40,388 bases of DNA from a virus (taxonomy: Duplodnaviria; Caudoviricetes). The position numbers were made by a program, and so were the translations under genes. Shown here one piece after another: positions 8,994-17,468 of this stretch. Under the pieces are notes generated by a model, which was not told the DNA's origin, did no database searches, and saw only the letters and a program-made list of their open reading frames with translations. Location of the stretch: the IMG/VR virus record IMGVR_UViG_3300032373_001138, positions 1 through 40,388 of that record. One strand, 5' to 3'. Each line of letters begins with the position of its first letter. Position 1 is the first letter of the stretch.

Positions 8994-9605
8994 AATCAGC
9001 GGAATGGATGTGATGGATCCGAGCCGCTCGATGTCGTGGGTGACGTCGAGCCGGTCAGTGTCAAAACGCACCGGCACGTCAAATTCGAAACCTGTGGTGA
9101 TAATGGTGCCGCTGGTCGGAGCAATGGTGAAGGTGACAAAGCCCGTGGAACTCTCCACCGACCAGCCCGAGGCCTGAACAATTCCGTCGATCGCCACCGT
9201 AACGGTTCCGGTCACCGGCTTGGTGATGGTGCGGGCCCACGTCTGTGCGCCGGACACATAGGTTTTCATCAGCTGAAACACCGTGGTCGTTCCGTCGCCG
9301 GTCCCGATTGCCTGATCGGTTGCGGCAGGCATCCCAGATGGCAGGCAGGATTTGTAATCACCCCAGTCTTTCCAGCGAAACCCGTAAAGCCGACCGTTGC
9401 GCGCCTCAAAGAAGGCGACCACCGCTGCCAGATCATCGGCCCGGCGCACACCATAGGCGGCATCATAGCGGCGACGCGAGTTGGCCCAACTGGCGTTGCG
9501 TTCTTCATCACCCGAGGCCAGTTCGACAATCTGGGTACGCCGTTCCGGACCGCCACGCGCACCCCGGCTGATATTGTCGGGAAAGCGGATTTCATGAAAC
9601 GCCAT
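8976..9605 (-). CDS. DUF2460 / TIGR02217 distal tail protein (RcGTA g12-like)
   Basis: MAFHEIRFP..ISRGARGGPERRT, FFEARNGRLYGFRWKDW, GFEFDVPVRFDTD. An alternative ATG at 9611 overlaps the TMP stop. Confidence 0.93.
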   Translation of the reverse strand: MAFHEIRFPDNISRGARGGPERRTQIVELASGDEERNASWANSRRRYDAAYGVRRADDLAAVVAFFEARNGRLYGFRWKDWGDYKSCLPSGMPAATDQAIGTGDGTTTVFQLMKTYVSGAQTWARTITKPVTGTVTVAIDGIVQASGWSVESSTGFVTFTIAPTSGTIITTGFEFDVPVRFDTDRLDVTHDIERLGSITSIPLIQVTGR

Positions 9606-9607
9606 GC

Positions 9608-11740
9608 TCACATGCCCCTCCGGCCCATCGCCACCGCCCGGGCAATGTCGGCTGAGACCTGGGTGCGCGATTGCCGGAAACTCTCGGCATCGCGGGTCTG
9701 GATGTTGATGGTGATGTTTTGAGCACTACCGGTGCCGTATTGCGCGGTTTCACGCCGCGACAGCACCCGTTCACCCTTTTGCAGGATGGCGGGCACTTCG
9801 TCGGGGCGCAGCCCCGCCCAACCACCGCTATGCATGCGCGGCGCGCCAGCAAAGGCCATGGCGGGAACCATCCGTTGCGGAGCTCCGCTCCCGACCATGC
9901 CACCGGCATGCAACACTGGCGCAAAGATACTGCCGAGATTGCCAAGTGACCCTGACAGGGCATTGGCCAGTGGCCCCAGAATGAATTTTCGTGCCGAAAG
10001 TGTCGCCATGTCGGCCAGCAGCGAGGTTACCAGTCCGTGAAAATCCAGCTTGCCGGTTTTGACGAATTCACCAATGGCGTTCTCGGCGCTACTGAAAGCC
10101 CCGACCAGCGCATCGCCGATGCCTTTACCGACATCGCCCGCCTTGGTGGCGTATTCCCTGAGGGAATCCGCTGCCAGTTTCCACGCGGTTTTGGCAACCT
10201 CAGCCGCTGCACGCGCGGCTTTGCCTGCCCCGGTGACCGCCTGAGACAGGGCCTCGGCGGAAGTTGTGGTGTCGGCAAGACCGTTCCCGGTTTCTTCGAC
10301 GCTCGTCTTCAGGGCATCCCGCAACGCCTGCAATGAGGTAAGCGGGGCTTTCGCGGCATTGGCCGCAGTGACGGCCGCGACTGCCAGTTCCTGTGATTTG
10401 CTTTTTGCGGCCTCTGCCGCAGCCGCCATTTCATAATAACCGGAGCCCGCATCGATCGCAGCACCGCCAAGTTTGAGCGCAACCGCATCCATGCCCGGCA
10501 CATCGCGCAGGCCACCAGCGATCATGTGCAGGAAATCCGCCCATTTCTTCTGGATCACCGCCAGCATGCGTAACCAGCCGGTCTCAACCGTGGTCCAGAC
10601 AGTTGCCAGTGCCAGGCCGAGAGATTTGCCGCCGAGTTTGATCCGGTCCCAGACTTCCACTGCGACGTCTTTCAAAAGCCGCATCGCGGTCCCGAAGCCA
10701 CCTGCGCCCTTCACGAGGCGCCCAAACCAGTAGATCAACTCGCCGGCTCCAACGATCAGCGCGCCTATCCCCGTGCGGATCAGCGCGCCCCTGAGGGCAA
10801 CCAATGAAATCGATAGCCCCCTGACGCCCAGCACGGCTGCTGCAAGACTGATCACCAGCCTGCCGCCCAGCACAGCAGCAAAGGTGGCGGCAATGGTGGC
10901 GATTTCACCGAGATGATTGAACAGGATCTTGATGGCACGCCCGAGCGGCCCGGTGGTTTTGCCAATTGCCGCCATGGCATTGGCAATGGCTTCAAGCGCC
11001 GGTGCGGCTGCCACCGCCAGTTGGTTGGATATACCTCGCCACAACAGCCCCATCCGGCTCAGCGCGTCATTGGTACGCTCGATCTGCGCAGCATCAGCTT
11101 CCGATACCGCCACCCCGAAATCCTGCACGTCCCTCGTGGCCTGACGCAAGGTCGCGCTGTCGATCCGGCTCATGGCGATCGAGCCCTCTTCGCCAAACAG
11201 CTGACCGGCCACCGCCGCGCGTTCCGCTGCGGGCACGAAGTCCCGGATCGCGGCATTGATCGCATCAACGCGTTCATCAAGCGGCAGCGACAACAGCCCA
11301 GCCGCCGTCAGGTGCAGGCGCTTGAGCGCGTCGGCCGCTGGCCCACCACCGGCCGCCGCCTGGCTCAGGCGCCGGGTCAGGTCTTTCGTGGCTTGCTCGA
11401 TACCTGAGAAGGCAACCCCCGCGAGTTCCCCGGCGCGCTCCAGCACCTGAATGCTGGCCACGGTAGTATCAAGAGACTGCGCAAGCTTTGCCTGAGCATC
11501 AATGGTTTGCAGCCCGGAGCGCGCCATCGCAATACCGGCCGCCACGGCCGCCGCCGCCATGATCCCGGCCGCAATCTTTGCCCGGCTCGCGAACTTCGCC
11601 AGCCGTGCATTGGCGATTTCCATCTCGCGCGAGGCCTTGCCAAAGCCCTTCTTGCCAGCCTCGCCGATGCCTTCAAACTCAGCCTTGACCTGTTTGCCGC
11701 CAACGGCGGCGAGGCGGACCGATACGCGTTTTTCAGCCAT
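9608..11740 (-). CDS. Tail tape measure protein
   Basis: 710 aa, Ala/Gly-rich and helical, with C-terminal HAGG..G / GLRPDEVPAILQKGERVL motif; follows the tail chaperones. Confidence 0.9.
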   Translation of the reverse strand: MAEKRVSVRLAAVGGKQVKAEFEGIGEAGKKGFGKASREMEIANARLAKFASRAKIAAGIMAAAAVAAGIAMARSGLQTIDAQAKLAQSLDTTVASIQVLERAGELAGVAFSGIEQATKDLTRRLSQAAAGGGPAADALKRLHLTAAGLLSLPLDERVDAINAAIRDFVPAAERAAVAGQLFGEEGSIAMSRIDSATLRQATRDVQDFGVAVSEADAAQIERTNDALSRMGLLWRGISNQLAVAAAPALEAIANAMAAIGKTTGPLGRAIKILFNHLGEIATIAATFAAVLGGRLVISLAAAVLGVRGLSISLVALRGALIRTGIGALIVGAGELIYWFGRLVKGAGGFGTAMRLLKDVAVEVWDRIKLGGKSLGLALATVWTTVETGWLRMLAVIQKKWADFLHMIAGGLRDVPGMDAVALKLGGAAIDAGSGYYEMAAAAEAAKSKSQELAVAAVTAANAAKAPLTSLQALRDALKTSVEETGNGLADTTTSAEALSQAVTGAGKAARAAAEVAKTAWKLAADSLREYATKAGDVGKGIGDALVGAFSSAENAIGEFVKTGKLDFHGLVTSLLADMATLSARKFILGPLANALSGSLGNLGSIFAPVLHAGGMVGSGAPQRMVPAMAFAGAPRMHSGGWAGLRPDEVPAILQKGERVLSRRETAQYGTGSAQNITINIQTRDAESFRQSRTQVSADIARAVAMGRRGM

Positions 11741-12058
11741 GGTTTTGCTCCATCTGTTCGTTCAGTTTGCGCACCATTACCGCTTCGATGGCGGGGAGAA
11801 GTTCGGCTGCGGCGACCTGACAAACCCCCAGGGCAGAGGCCAGCGCCAGAGCCGCACTCATATCCCAGCCAATCACACCGCCACCGGGAGCAACGCGCAG
11901 CTGGCCGCCGAGGCGGGCAACCAGGTCCCAGACCTGCCAGCCTTCAAATGTCTGCGGCTGGTTCAGGATTTGCGGGCAGTCGGGGCAGTTGCCGGTGCAG
12001 GCTGCGCAATAATCTCCGCCCCCGCCGAAGACCCATTCGGCAAGAGCGCAGAGACGTT
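11733..12058 (-). CDS. gpT-like second half of the tail assembly chaperone (reached by -1 frameshift)
   Basis: Not in the ORF track (no upstream start). The -1 frame from the slippery site reads RLCALAEWVFGGGGDYCAACTGNCPDCPQILNQPQTFEGWQVWDLVARLGGQLRV...NEQMEQNHG-stop, overlapping the TMP start. Confidence 0.75.
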
Positions 12059-12400
12059 TTTTTCCTGATCCAGCACCAGACCCTTGGCGACGTATTTGAT
12101 CTGGAACGCCTCGAATAGCGGCCAGACATCCAGCAGCGCATCGATCGCCTCATCGCTGACGGGAATGACATTGCCCCCGGCATCGCCCACCCCATCCCAA
12201 TCGAGAGTTGCGTTGCGGGCCAGCGCTTTGGCGAACACCAGCGCGCTTTCCTCATCGGTGGCGCTCTCGTTCAGAGCCGCGACAGACGGGTCATTGCGCG
12301 AGGCCACCATCATGGCGGTGGTCAGCGGTTGCAGATGCAGGCGAACCCCGTGGCCAAGGTCCAGCCAGGCGGGTTCGTTATTCAGATCAAGTCGGATCAT
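11963..12400 (-). CDS. Tail assembly chaperone (gpG-like)
   Basis: ATG 12400 with GAGGTG RBS; lies between tail tube and TMP; contains A-AAA-AAC slippery heptamer near its 3' end. Confidence 0.82.
   Translation of the reverse strand: MIRLDLNNEPAWLDLGHGVRLHLQPLTTAMMVASRNDPSVAALNESATDEESALVFAKALARNATLDWDGVGDAGGNVIPVSDEAIDALLDVWPLFEAFQIKYVAKGLVLDQEKNVSALLPNGSSAGAEIIAQPAPATAPTARKS
12056..12062 (-). promoter_or_regulatory. -1 programmed ribosomal frameshift site A AAA AAC
   Basis: Minus strand CAG GAA AAA AAC GTC gives an X XXY YYZ heptamer in the correct frame; the -1 frame stays open for about 108 codons. Confidence 0.75.
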
Positions 12401-12407
12401 ATTCACC

Positions 12408-13346
12408 TCAGTAGGTTGCGATATCGTTGACAAGAGTAATGGTGCACATCTGCCCGGCGGTGGCGTCATAGGCGGCCTGCCAGTCAAAGCTGGCCTGCAC
12501 CCCTTGCGGTCCCTGAATTTCGATCCGGGGTCGCGGCAGATAGACGGCGTGGGCGATAAAGGTCAGGCTCTCGCCGGTTCCCAAGTTGTAGGCGAACTCC
12601 AGTTCGGCCGGGGTGCCGTTCATCGCCTGGGTCATCAGAGTCTGATCGGCAAAGCGCACATCCATCTTGCCGGTCAGCGCAGCAATCGACGGGTCAGCCC
12701 CGTCGATGCGCCCGTCGGCGCGGATAGTCTCAATGCGGTCAAGATTGTTGGCGTATTGAATATCGGCCGAGACGATATTGCCGAGTGCCGTGCCGTTGCG
12801 CTTGATCGAGCCGTTGAAATGCCCGAACCGCTGCAGGGTCCAGCCGGTGGGCGTTCCGGCGGCCGTGGAGGCGGCAACCGTCTCACCCTGGGCGATCAGC
12901 TTGACGGTGGCGGTCAAAAGCCCCGAACGTTGCATCTGCCAGGACATCTGATCGAGCACGCAGCCGGAATACATCGCGAAACGCGGCACCTCAGGCATCG
13001 CGGTCTCGATCGACAGGCTCGGCAGGGTCCAGTTTCCGGAGGTAAACACATGCGTATAGGGTTCGGTGCCCGTGGTGACCGGATCGCCGAATGCCGCCTT
13101 CAGCCAGAAGCCGAAAGCCTCGGCATCAATCGGCACCACCACATCGCCATCCGCCGTCACCGCGTCCTTGATCGGCGCCAGCGGATCACGACCGTAACCC
13201 AGAAGTTCCGAGCCCAGCAGTGGTTGCTCCGCCCCCAGCGAGGTGCTGGCAAACGGCATCTGCCTATAGCCGCTGACCGGTGGGGTGCCATAAGTCGTCT
13301 CAAACGCAGCCGCCATCAGCGACCGCGCGCCTTGTGCACGTGCCAT
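12408..13346 (-). CDS. Phage tail tube (major tail) protein
   Basis: MARAQGARS..AAFETTYGTPP, LLGYGRDP, LPSLSIET; 312 aa; upstream of the chaperones. Confidence 0.88.
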   Translation of the reverse strand: MARAQGARSLMAAAFETTYGTPPVSGYRQMPFASTSLGAEQPLLGSELLGYGRDPLAPIKDAVTADGDVVVPIDAEAFGFWLKAAFGDPVTTGTEPYTHVFTSGNWTLPSLSIETAMPEVPRFAMYSGCVLDQMSWQMQRSGLLTATVKLIAQGETVAASTAAGTPTGWTLQRFGHFNGSIKRNGTALGNIVSADIQYANNLDRIETIRADGRIDGADPSIAALTGKMDVRFADQTLMTQAMNGTPAELEFAYNLGTGESLTFIAHAVYLPRPRIEIQGPQGVQASFDWQAAYDATAGQMCTITLVNDIATY

Positions 13347-13470
13347 CGTGTTCTCCTTCAGACTGTTTTTGGACTATCTTTCGGTGCAGCCAGCCGACTA
13401 ATCTCGGTGCGGATGCCGATGCTATGGCTGTCGGTAGATTCCGAATCCCAACCCGATTGGATCCGCGACC

Positions 13471-13857
13471 ATGTCACTATCCCCCAGCGCTCCGGACTCG
13501 CAACTCTCAGCCGGTGCGAAGACCGGTCGTTCCCATATCGCCGCTGGCGCAAAACTCTCTGGTGATCTGTCCGTACCGGGCCTTTTGGAACTGTTAGGTC
13601 ATGTCGACGGAAGACTGTCCGCGGATGCGATCGTGATCGAAGACGGCGGGTCAGCCGTTGGCGAAATCCGCGCGGCCAGCGTGACCATCAGAGGGCACTT
13701 CGAGGGCGGGATCTTCGGCGGCGATGTCAGGCTGTCCTCCAGCGCCAAAGTCGTGGGCGAAATTTTCTACCAGACACTTACGATTGAGAGTGGCGCCGAG
13801 GTCAAGGCGTCCTGCGCGCGCCAGAAGGCGCCCAAAGAGAATAGCAATCCGGTTTGA
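13471..13857 (+). CDS. Bactofilin (polymer-forming cytoskeletal protein), antisense moron
   Basis: Beta-helix repeat pattern SHIAAGAKLSGDL / LELLGHVDGRL / IVIEDGGSAVGEI / VTIRGHFEGGI / VRLSSSAKVVGEI / LTIESGAEVKASC. Confidence 0.88.
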   Translation: MSLSPSAPDSQLSAGAKTGRSHIAAGAKLSGDLSVPGLLELLGHVDGRLSADAIVIEDGGSAVGEIRAASVTIRGHFEGGIFGGDVRLSSSAKVVGEIFYQTLTIESGAEVKASCARQKAPKENSNPV

Positions 13858-13870
13858 GAGAACGCGCCCG

Positions 13871-14302
13871 TCAGCCGAGTGGGTCGGCTGTGGAATAGTG
13901 CAACACCACCGAAATGACCGCCGCTTTCAGCGCCTCGGTCCCTTCAACCGGCAGATCCACCGGTTGCGGTGCTTCGGCCTCGACCCAGTCGCACAGCCCG
14001 CCGAGGGTGCGGTCAGTTGTGATAGCGGTGGCCAGTTTTGCCAGTAGTACATCGAATGCGGCATCGCGGTTGGCCGGAGTCTTGCCCTGCACGATCACCT
14101 CGATCTCGGCGCGGTGCTCATAGTGGTATTGCAGCGGTGACAGCGTCACCTCCGGCGTGCCCGGGTCACCGTCGCGCAGGATCAGCAGGCCGCCGCTCGG
14201 GATGCGCTCGGGCAGGATTGCGCCGCGCAGGACGGTCGCGCCGGGCGCGGTTTGCAGCGCCGCAAGCAGGGTTTGCAGGATGGTTTCTCGGGGTGTTGGC
14301 AT
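13871..14302 (-). CDS. Tail terminator/completion protein (family often mis-annotated as acyl-CoA transferase)
   Basis: MPTPRETIL..., LILRDGDPG.PEVTLSP, DRTLGGLCDWVEAEAP; AGGAGG RBS; canonical position before the tail tube gene. Confidence 0.78.
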   Translation of the reverse strand: MPTPRETILQTLLAALQTAPGATVLRGAILPERIPSGGLLILRDGDPGTPEVTLSPLQYHYEHRAEIEVIVQGKTPANRDAAFDVLLAKLATAITTDRTLGGLCDWVEAEAPQPVDLPVEGTEALKAAVISVVLHYSTADPLG

Positions 14303-14421
14303 GGCACCTCCTTGCGGATGGAACACCCGTTGGTTGTTTTAGCTGCTTTGTGGACACACTGTAACTTTGCCCGATTCTGGCTAATGTGTTATCAGCACAC
14401 TATGAATTCAGGGGAACAAGC

Positions 14422-15270
14422 ATGACCATCATCGCCGCATCAATTGAGTATAAGCGAATTCTTCTTATAGCGGATTGCCGGGTGACATTGCCTGACGGTC
14501 AGCTTCACGACGCATTGCAGAAAGTATACCCGTTTGGTCCTCACGCGGTTGTTGCATTTTCCGGAAGCGTTGGTCTCGCATCGTCGGCTCTACAAGAGAT
14601 GGTTAGAGGAAAAGGAAATAAGTCGAAACAAAAACTCGATACCCTCACTCGCCAACTCAGCCGGATCACGGATCGGAAAGCCCGTCATAGGTGCAAGAAA
14701 GGGGAAACGGCAAGTGGCTGTTCCTACATCATCGCTGGGTATGCAGGGCAGACCCCATATCTTGCTTCGGTGACGGTCGACGGCAGGCGTGATCCCCGGA
14801 TTGAGATGACGCGTGAGGTGGGCGGACACAGCGTAATCGGCTCAGGTGAATCCGAACGCGATGCGTGCCAACATGCGATCTCTGGAAGTGATCTTGAAAA
14901 ATTCTCGGATGACCAAGCGGCGTTTGCGTTAAGCGGGTTCATTGATGCCGCAATGTCGCTAAGCACCATGTCAAAAAGGTTTAACACCGGTATTGGGGAC
15001 CTGAAAATGCACTTTGTTATCCGCCCGGAGGGGTGGTGGTTCGTCCCGATGCATACGGAAATGTTCCGTGGGCGAATATCTGATCGGAACAAGCCCCTCG
15101 GCTATGCTCCGGTTCACTCTGTTGTTTACGATGAGCCACTTAGTCGCTTCGTGCTTCAAGAACATCAAAGCGGCTCCTCCTACCCCTTGGCGAGCGCCCT
15201 GAGCCGAAATCCGTACGATCTTCGTGGAACCGTAAAGGCTGACTTCGACCCATACACACTGAGAGCATGA
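14422..15270 (+). CDS. Proteasome-beta/HslV-like Ntn-hydrolase (putative threonine protease), antisense moron
   Basis: ATG 14422 after AGGGGAA; with Met removed the residues are Thr1, Asp17, Arg19, Lys33, Gly47, plus IIAGY..PYL and VIGSG, matching proteasome beta-subunit signatures. Confidence 0.75.
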   Translation: MTIIAASIEYKRILLIADCRVTLPDGQLHDALQKVYPFGPHAVVAFSGSVGLASSALQEMVRGKGNKSKQKLDTLTRQLSRITDRKARHRCKKGETASGCSYIIAGYAGQTPYLASVTVDGRRDPRIEMTREVGGHSVIGSGESERDACQHAISGSDLEKFSDDQAAFALSGFIDAAMSLSTMSKRFNTGIGDLKMHFVIRPEGWWFVPMHTEMFRGRISDRNKPLGYAPVHSVVYDEPLSRFVLQEHQSGSSYPLASALSRNPYDLRGTVKADFDPYTLRA

Positions 15271-15404
15271 AATCGGCAAGTTGCCAGCATTTGTGCTCAG
15301 CGCTGCGTACGACTGGCTCTCACCCTTCGGACTAGGCGCTGGCCGCCCCTAGAAAATCGCGCAAGCGCGGTTAACGTCCGTTTTGTGCGCTATTCGAATA
15401 TCGA

Positions 15405-16037
15405 TCAGGATTGTGGCTCCACCCAATTTTCCACAATCAACCCCGGCACCGACCCCGCCACCCTTTCCGCATCCCGCGCCAGATCGAGCCGCTTGCGCAG
15501 CTTCACCTGCGGCACGAGAATAAATATCGGCGCGCTAACCTGGCCGCGTCCGGTTTTCGAGCGCGATGCCACCGCCGTGCCACGCGTATTGATCCGCGCC
15601 TTTTCGGCCACCAATAAACTCGGCCCGCCCCTTCGATAGATGAACCGCAACCGCATGCCCCGCCGTTGCTCCCATTCGCCTGGCGTGAGGCGTGCCCCAC
15701 CGCGGCCTTTGCCGGCGGCCTCGGTCGGAATGGCGAGATAGAAGCCGTTCTTTGATCGTATCAGCACGCCGCGATCATGGGCATGGATGATTTTCGGGGC
15801 CTTCGACCAGATGAAGGCGGCTGCATTGAGGCTTTCGCCCCTTTCCGGATAGGTCTTGTTGCGAATGCTGCGCGCCAACCGTTGACCAAGCCCTGCTCCG
15901 GTGATTTGCTCGCGCCAGTCGGCCTTCAGATCGCTTCCCGCCTGACGCATGGCAGCGGTGATAGCCTTTTCGCCCGCCAATACTTCCGCCTGCATCATCG
16001 CGGCGATGTCCGGATTGATCTCGAGTTTCAGCTTCAC
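15405..16037 (-). CDS. DUF6441-like neck/tail-completion protein
   Basis: Basic 210-aa protein (LKADWREQITGAGLGQRLARSIR, LAIPTEAAG, PIFILVPQVKLRKRLDL) between head-tail joining and tail terminator genes. Confidence 0.8.
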   Translation of the reverse strand: MKLKLEINPDIAAMMQAEVLAGEKAITAAMRQAGSDLKADWREQITGAGLGQRLARSIRNKTYPERGESLNAAAFIWSKAPKIIHAHDRGVLIRSKNGFYLAIPTEAAGKGRGGARLTPGEWEQRRGMRLRFIYRRGGPSLLVAEKARINTRGTAVASRSKTGRGQVSAPIFILVPQVKLRKRLDLARDAERVAGSVPGLIVENWVEPQS

Positions 16038-16345
16038 GCCGGATGCACATCAATGGTCCAGATCAGCCGTTCGGCGTCGCGCACCGGTTCGCCCTGGATC
16101 AGGAACGCCTCGCCATTGATTTCCAGCCAGTCCCCGGGGCGTGGGGTGGCCACTTCACCGACGCGCAGATCAAATCGCTGGGTTTCCGACCAGAGCTTTG
16201 CCTCGCCAAAGCCGGTGATACTGTCGGCACGGCGCGCCACCACACGGACAAGAATGGGCGCGCCGCCCCCGGCCGTGTAGATGGCGTCCGTCGCGATACT
16301 ATCATCGGCAAACAGCGCGTCCATACCGATGGCAAAGGCGTTCAT
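16034..16345 (-). CDS. Head-tail joining protein (gpFII-like)
   Basis: 103 aa, PRPGD..EING..F.IQGEP..D..RLIW; directly after the major capsid gene. Confidence 0.78.
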   Translation of the reverse strand: MNAFAIGMDALFADDSIATDAIYTAGGGAPILVRVVARRADSITGFGEAKLWSETQRFDLRVGEVATPRPGDWLEINGEAFLIQGEPVRDAERLIWTIDVHPA

Positions 16346-16348
16346 TGC

Positions 16349-16375
16349 AGCGTTTCCAGTTTAACTGGAAACGCT
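16349..16375. repeat. Perfect 27-bp inverted repeat after the capsid stop codon
   Basis: AGCGTTTCCAGTT-T-AACTGGAAACGCT, 13-bp arms. Confidence 0.85.
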
Positions 16376-17389
16376 TTAGGTCCGCCGCGCAGAACGCAGA
16401 ACCTGTGGCCGGGTGCAGATCGGCAGCGGGTTGCTTTCGATCTCAAGCCGCACCCATTCGTCGCGATCCCGGTCCGGGATCGAACGGGCGTAAAGCGGCA
16501 GGCCAAGGGTGTTGACGGTCTCGAAGGTATCCGCTGGGGCGTAGTAAATCTCGAACAATCCCTCAACCCCTTCGGGATAGAACACCGCCTTGTCGACCGG
16601 CACCCCGAACGCGGCGTTGCCACGATAGCGGCGGAAGTTTATGCCGCCAAAGCTGACCTCGTCGGACACCCGGCTGCGCAGGTCGGCCGCGGCAGCGGTG
16701 TTGAGATAAGTCTCCCGCACCTCCTTGTGCGCGACCAGATCGGCAAAGAACGCCGAGCCGCATTCGGCGCGCAGCTGAACGGCACCGGTGGAAAGCCCGC
16801 CAAGTGTTCCCTCGACATTTTCGATCAGAGCCTGACAGCGTTTGCGCAAAGCACCGGAACCGGGCGAAGCATTATCAAGATCAAAATCCACCTCGGCGGC
16901 CGGGGTGATGGCAAACTCGCTGAAGTAATCGATCACCGTTGCCCCGTCTTTGGGGTCCAGCACCTTGCCCTGAATGCCGTTCAGCAGGTGGTATTCGAAC
17001 GTGGCCTCGGCGTCGGTGCGCAAGCGGCGCAAACGGCGGGCCACCTCGGCCTGGATTTGCTGGGTTTCGGACTCTGATCCAAAGGCACGGATGCCTTGGA
17101 TTTTCGAGGCCCAGAGGACGTCCTGTTTTTTGAACTGGCGACAAATGAAGGCGCGCACGTCGCGGCGTTCCGGCACCTGCTGATCAAAGGCCGAGCCGCG
17201 TTCCGAGAACGGGATGAGCGACAGGGTGCCGTCGCGGCTCTCGATAACGACGGTGCGCGAACGTACGCCGCGATCAGAGAACAGGCCGGAGCCCGAGAGG
17301 GTCGCGGGCTTGAACGGGATGTTCTCCAATGCCCGGGTGAGTTCGATAACCGAAAACGCATCGGTCTCGAAGATATCCATGGTGGCCAT
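16376..17389 (-). CDS. Major capsid protein (lambda gpE-like family)
   Basis: ATG 17389 (MATMDIF) with AAGGA RBS; 337 aa; APADTFETVNTLGLPLYA and ESNPLPICTRP motifs. Confidence 0.92.
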   Translation of the reverse strand: MATMDIFETDAFSVIELTRALENIPFKPATLSGSGLFSDRGVRSRTVVIESRDGTLSLIPFSERGSAFDQQVPERRDVRAFICRQFKKQDVLWASKIQGIRAFGSESETQQIQAEVARRLRRLRTDAEATFEYHLLNGIQGKVLDPKDGATVIDYFSEFAITPAAEVDFDLDNASPGSGALRKRCQALIENVEGTLGGLSTGAVQLRAECGSAFFADLVAHKEVRETYLNTAAAADLRSRVSDEVSFGGINFRRYRGNAAFGVPVDKAVFYPEGVEGLFEIYYAPADTFETVNTLGLPLYARSIPDRDRDEWVRLEIESNPLPICTRPQVLRSARRT

Positions 17390-17409
17390 GGGAAATTCCT
17401 TTCGTGCAA

Positions 17410-17453
17410 GCGCTTCCAGCAAAAGTGGGAACCGGTTTTGCGTCCGGAAGCGC
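17410..17453. repeat. Alphaproteobacterial intergenic palindromic repeat fragment (BRU-RS/RIME/CIR-like)
   Basis: GCGCTTCC-A-GCAAAA-GTGGGAACCGG-TTTTGC-GTCC-GGAAGCGC nested stem; resemblance to the family is from memory. Confidence 0.6.
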
Positions 17454-17468
17454 GTTATTATGAGGGTA

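Noticed and set aside
3015-9611. Calling the region a gene transfer agent
   Set aside because: Replication, cos packaging, lysis and integrase modules are all linked, which indicates a genuine prophage.
12084-13565. 493-aa + strand ORF antisense to the tail tube and chaperone genes, and many similar antisense ORFs
   Set aside because: Typical stop-poor shadow frames of high-GC coding DNA, with no recognisable motifs.
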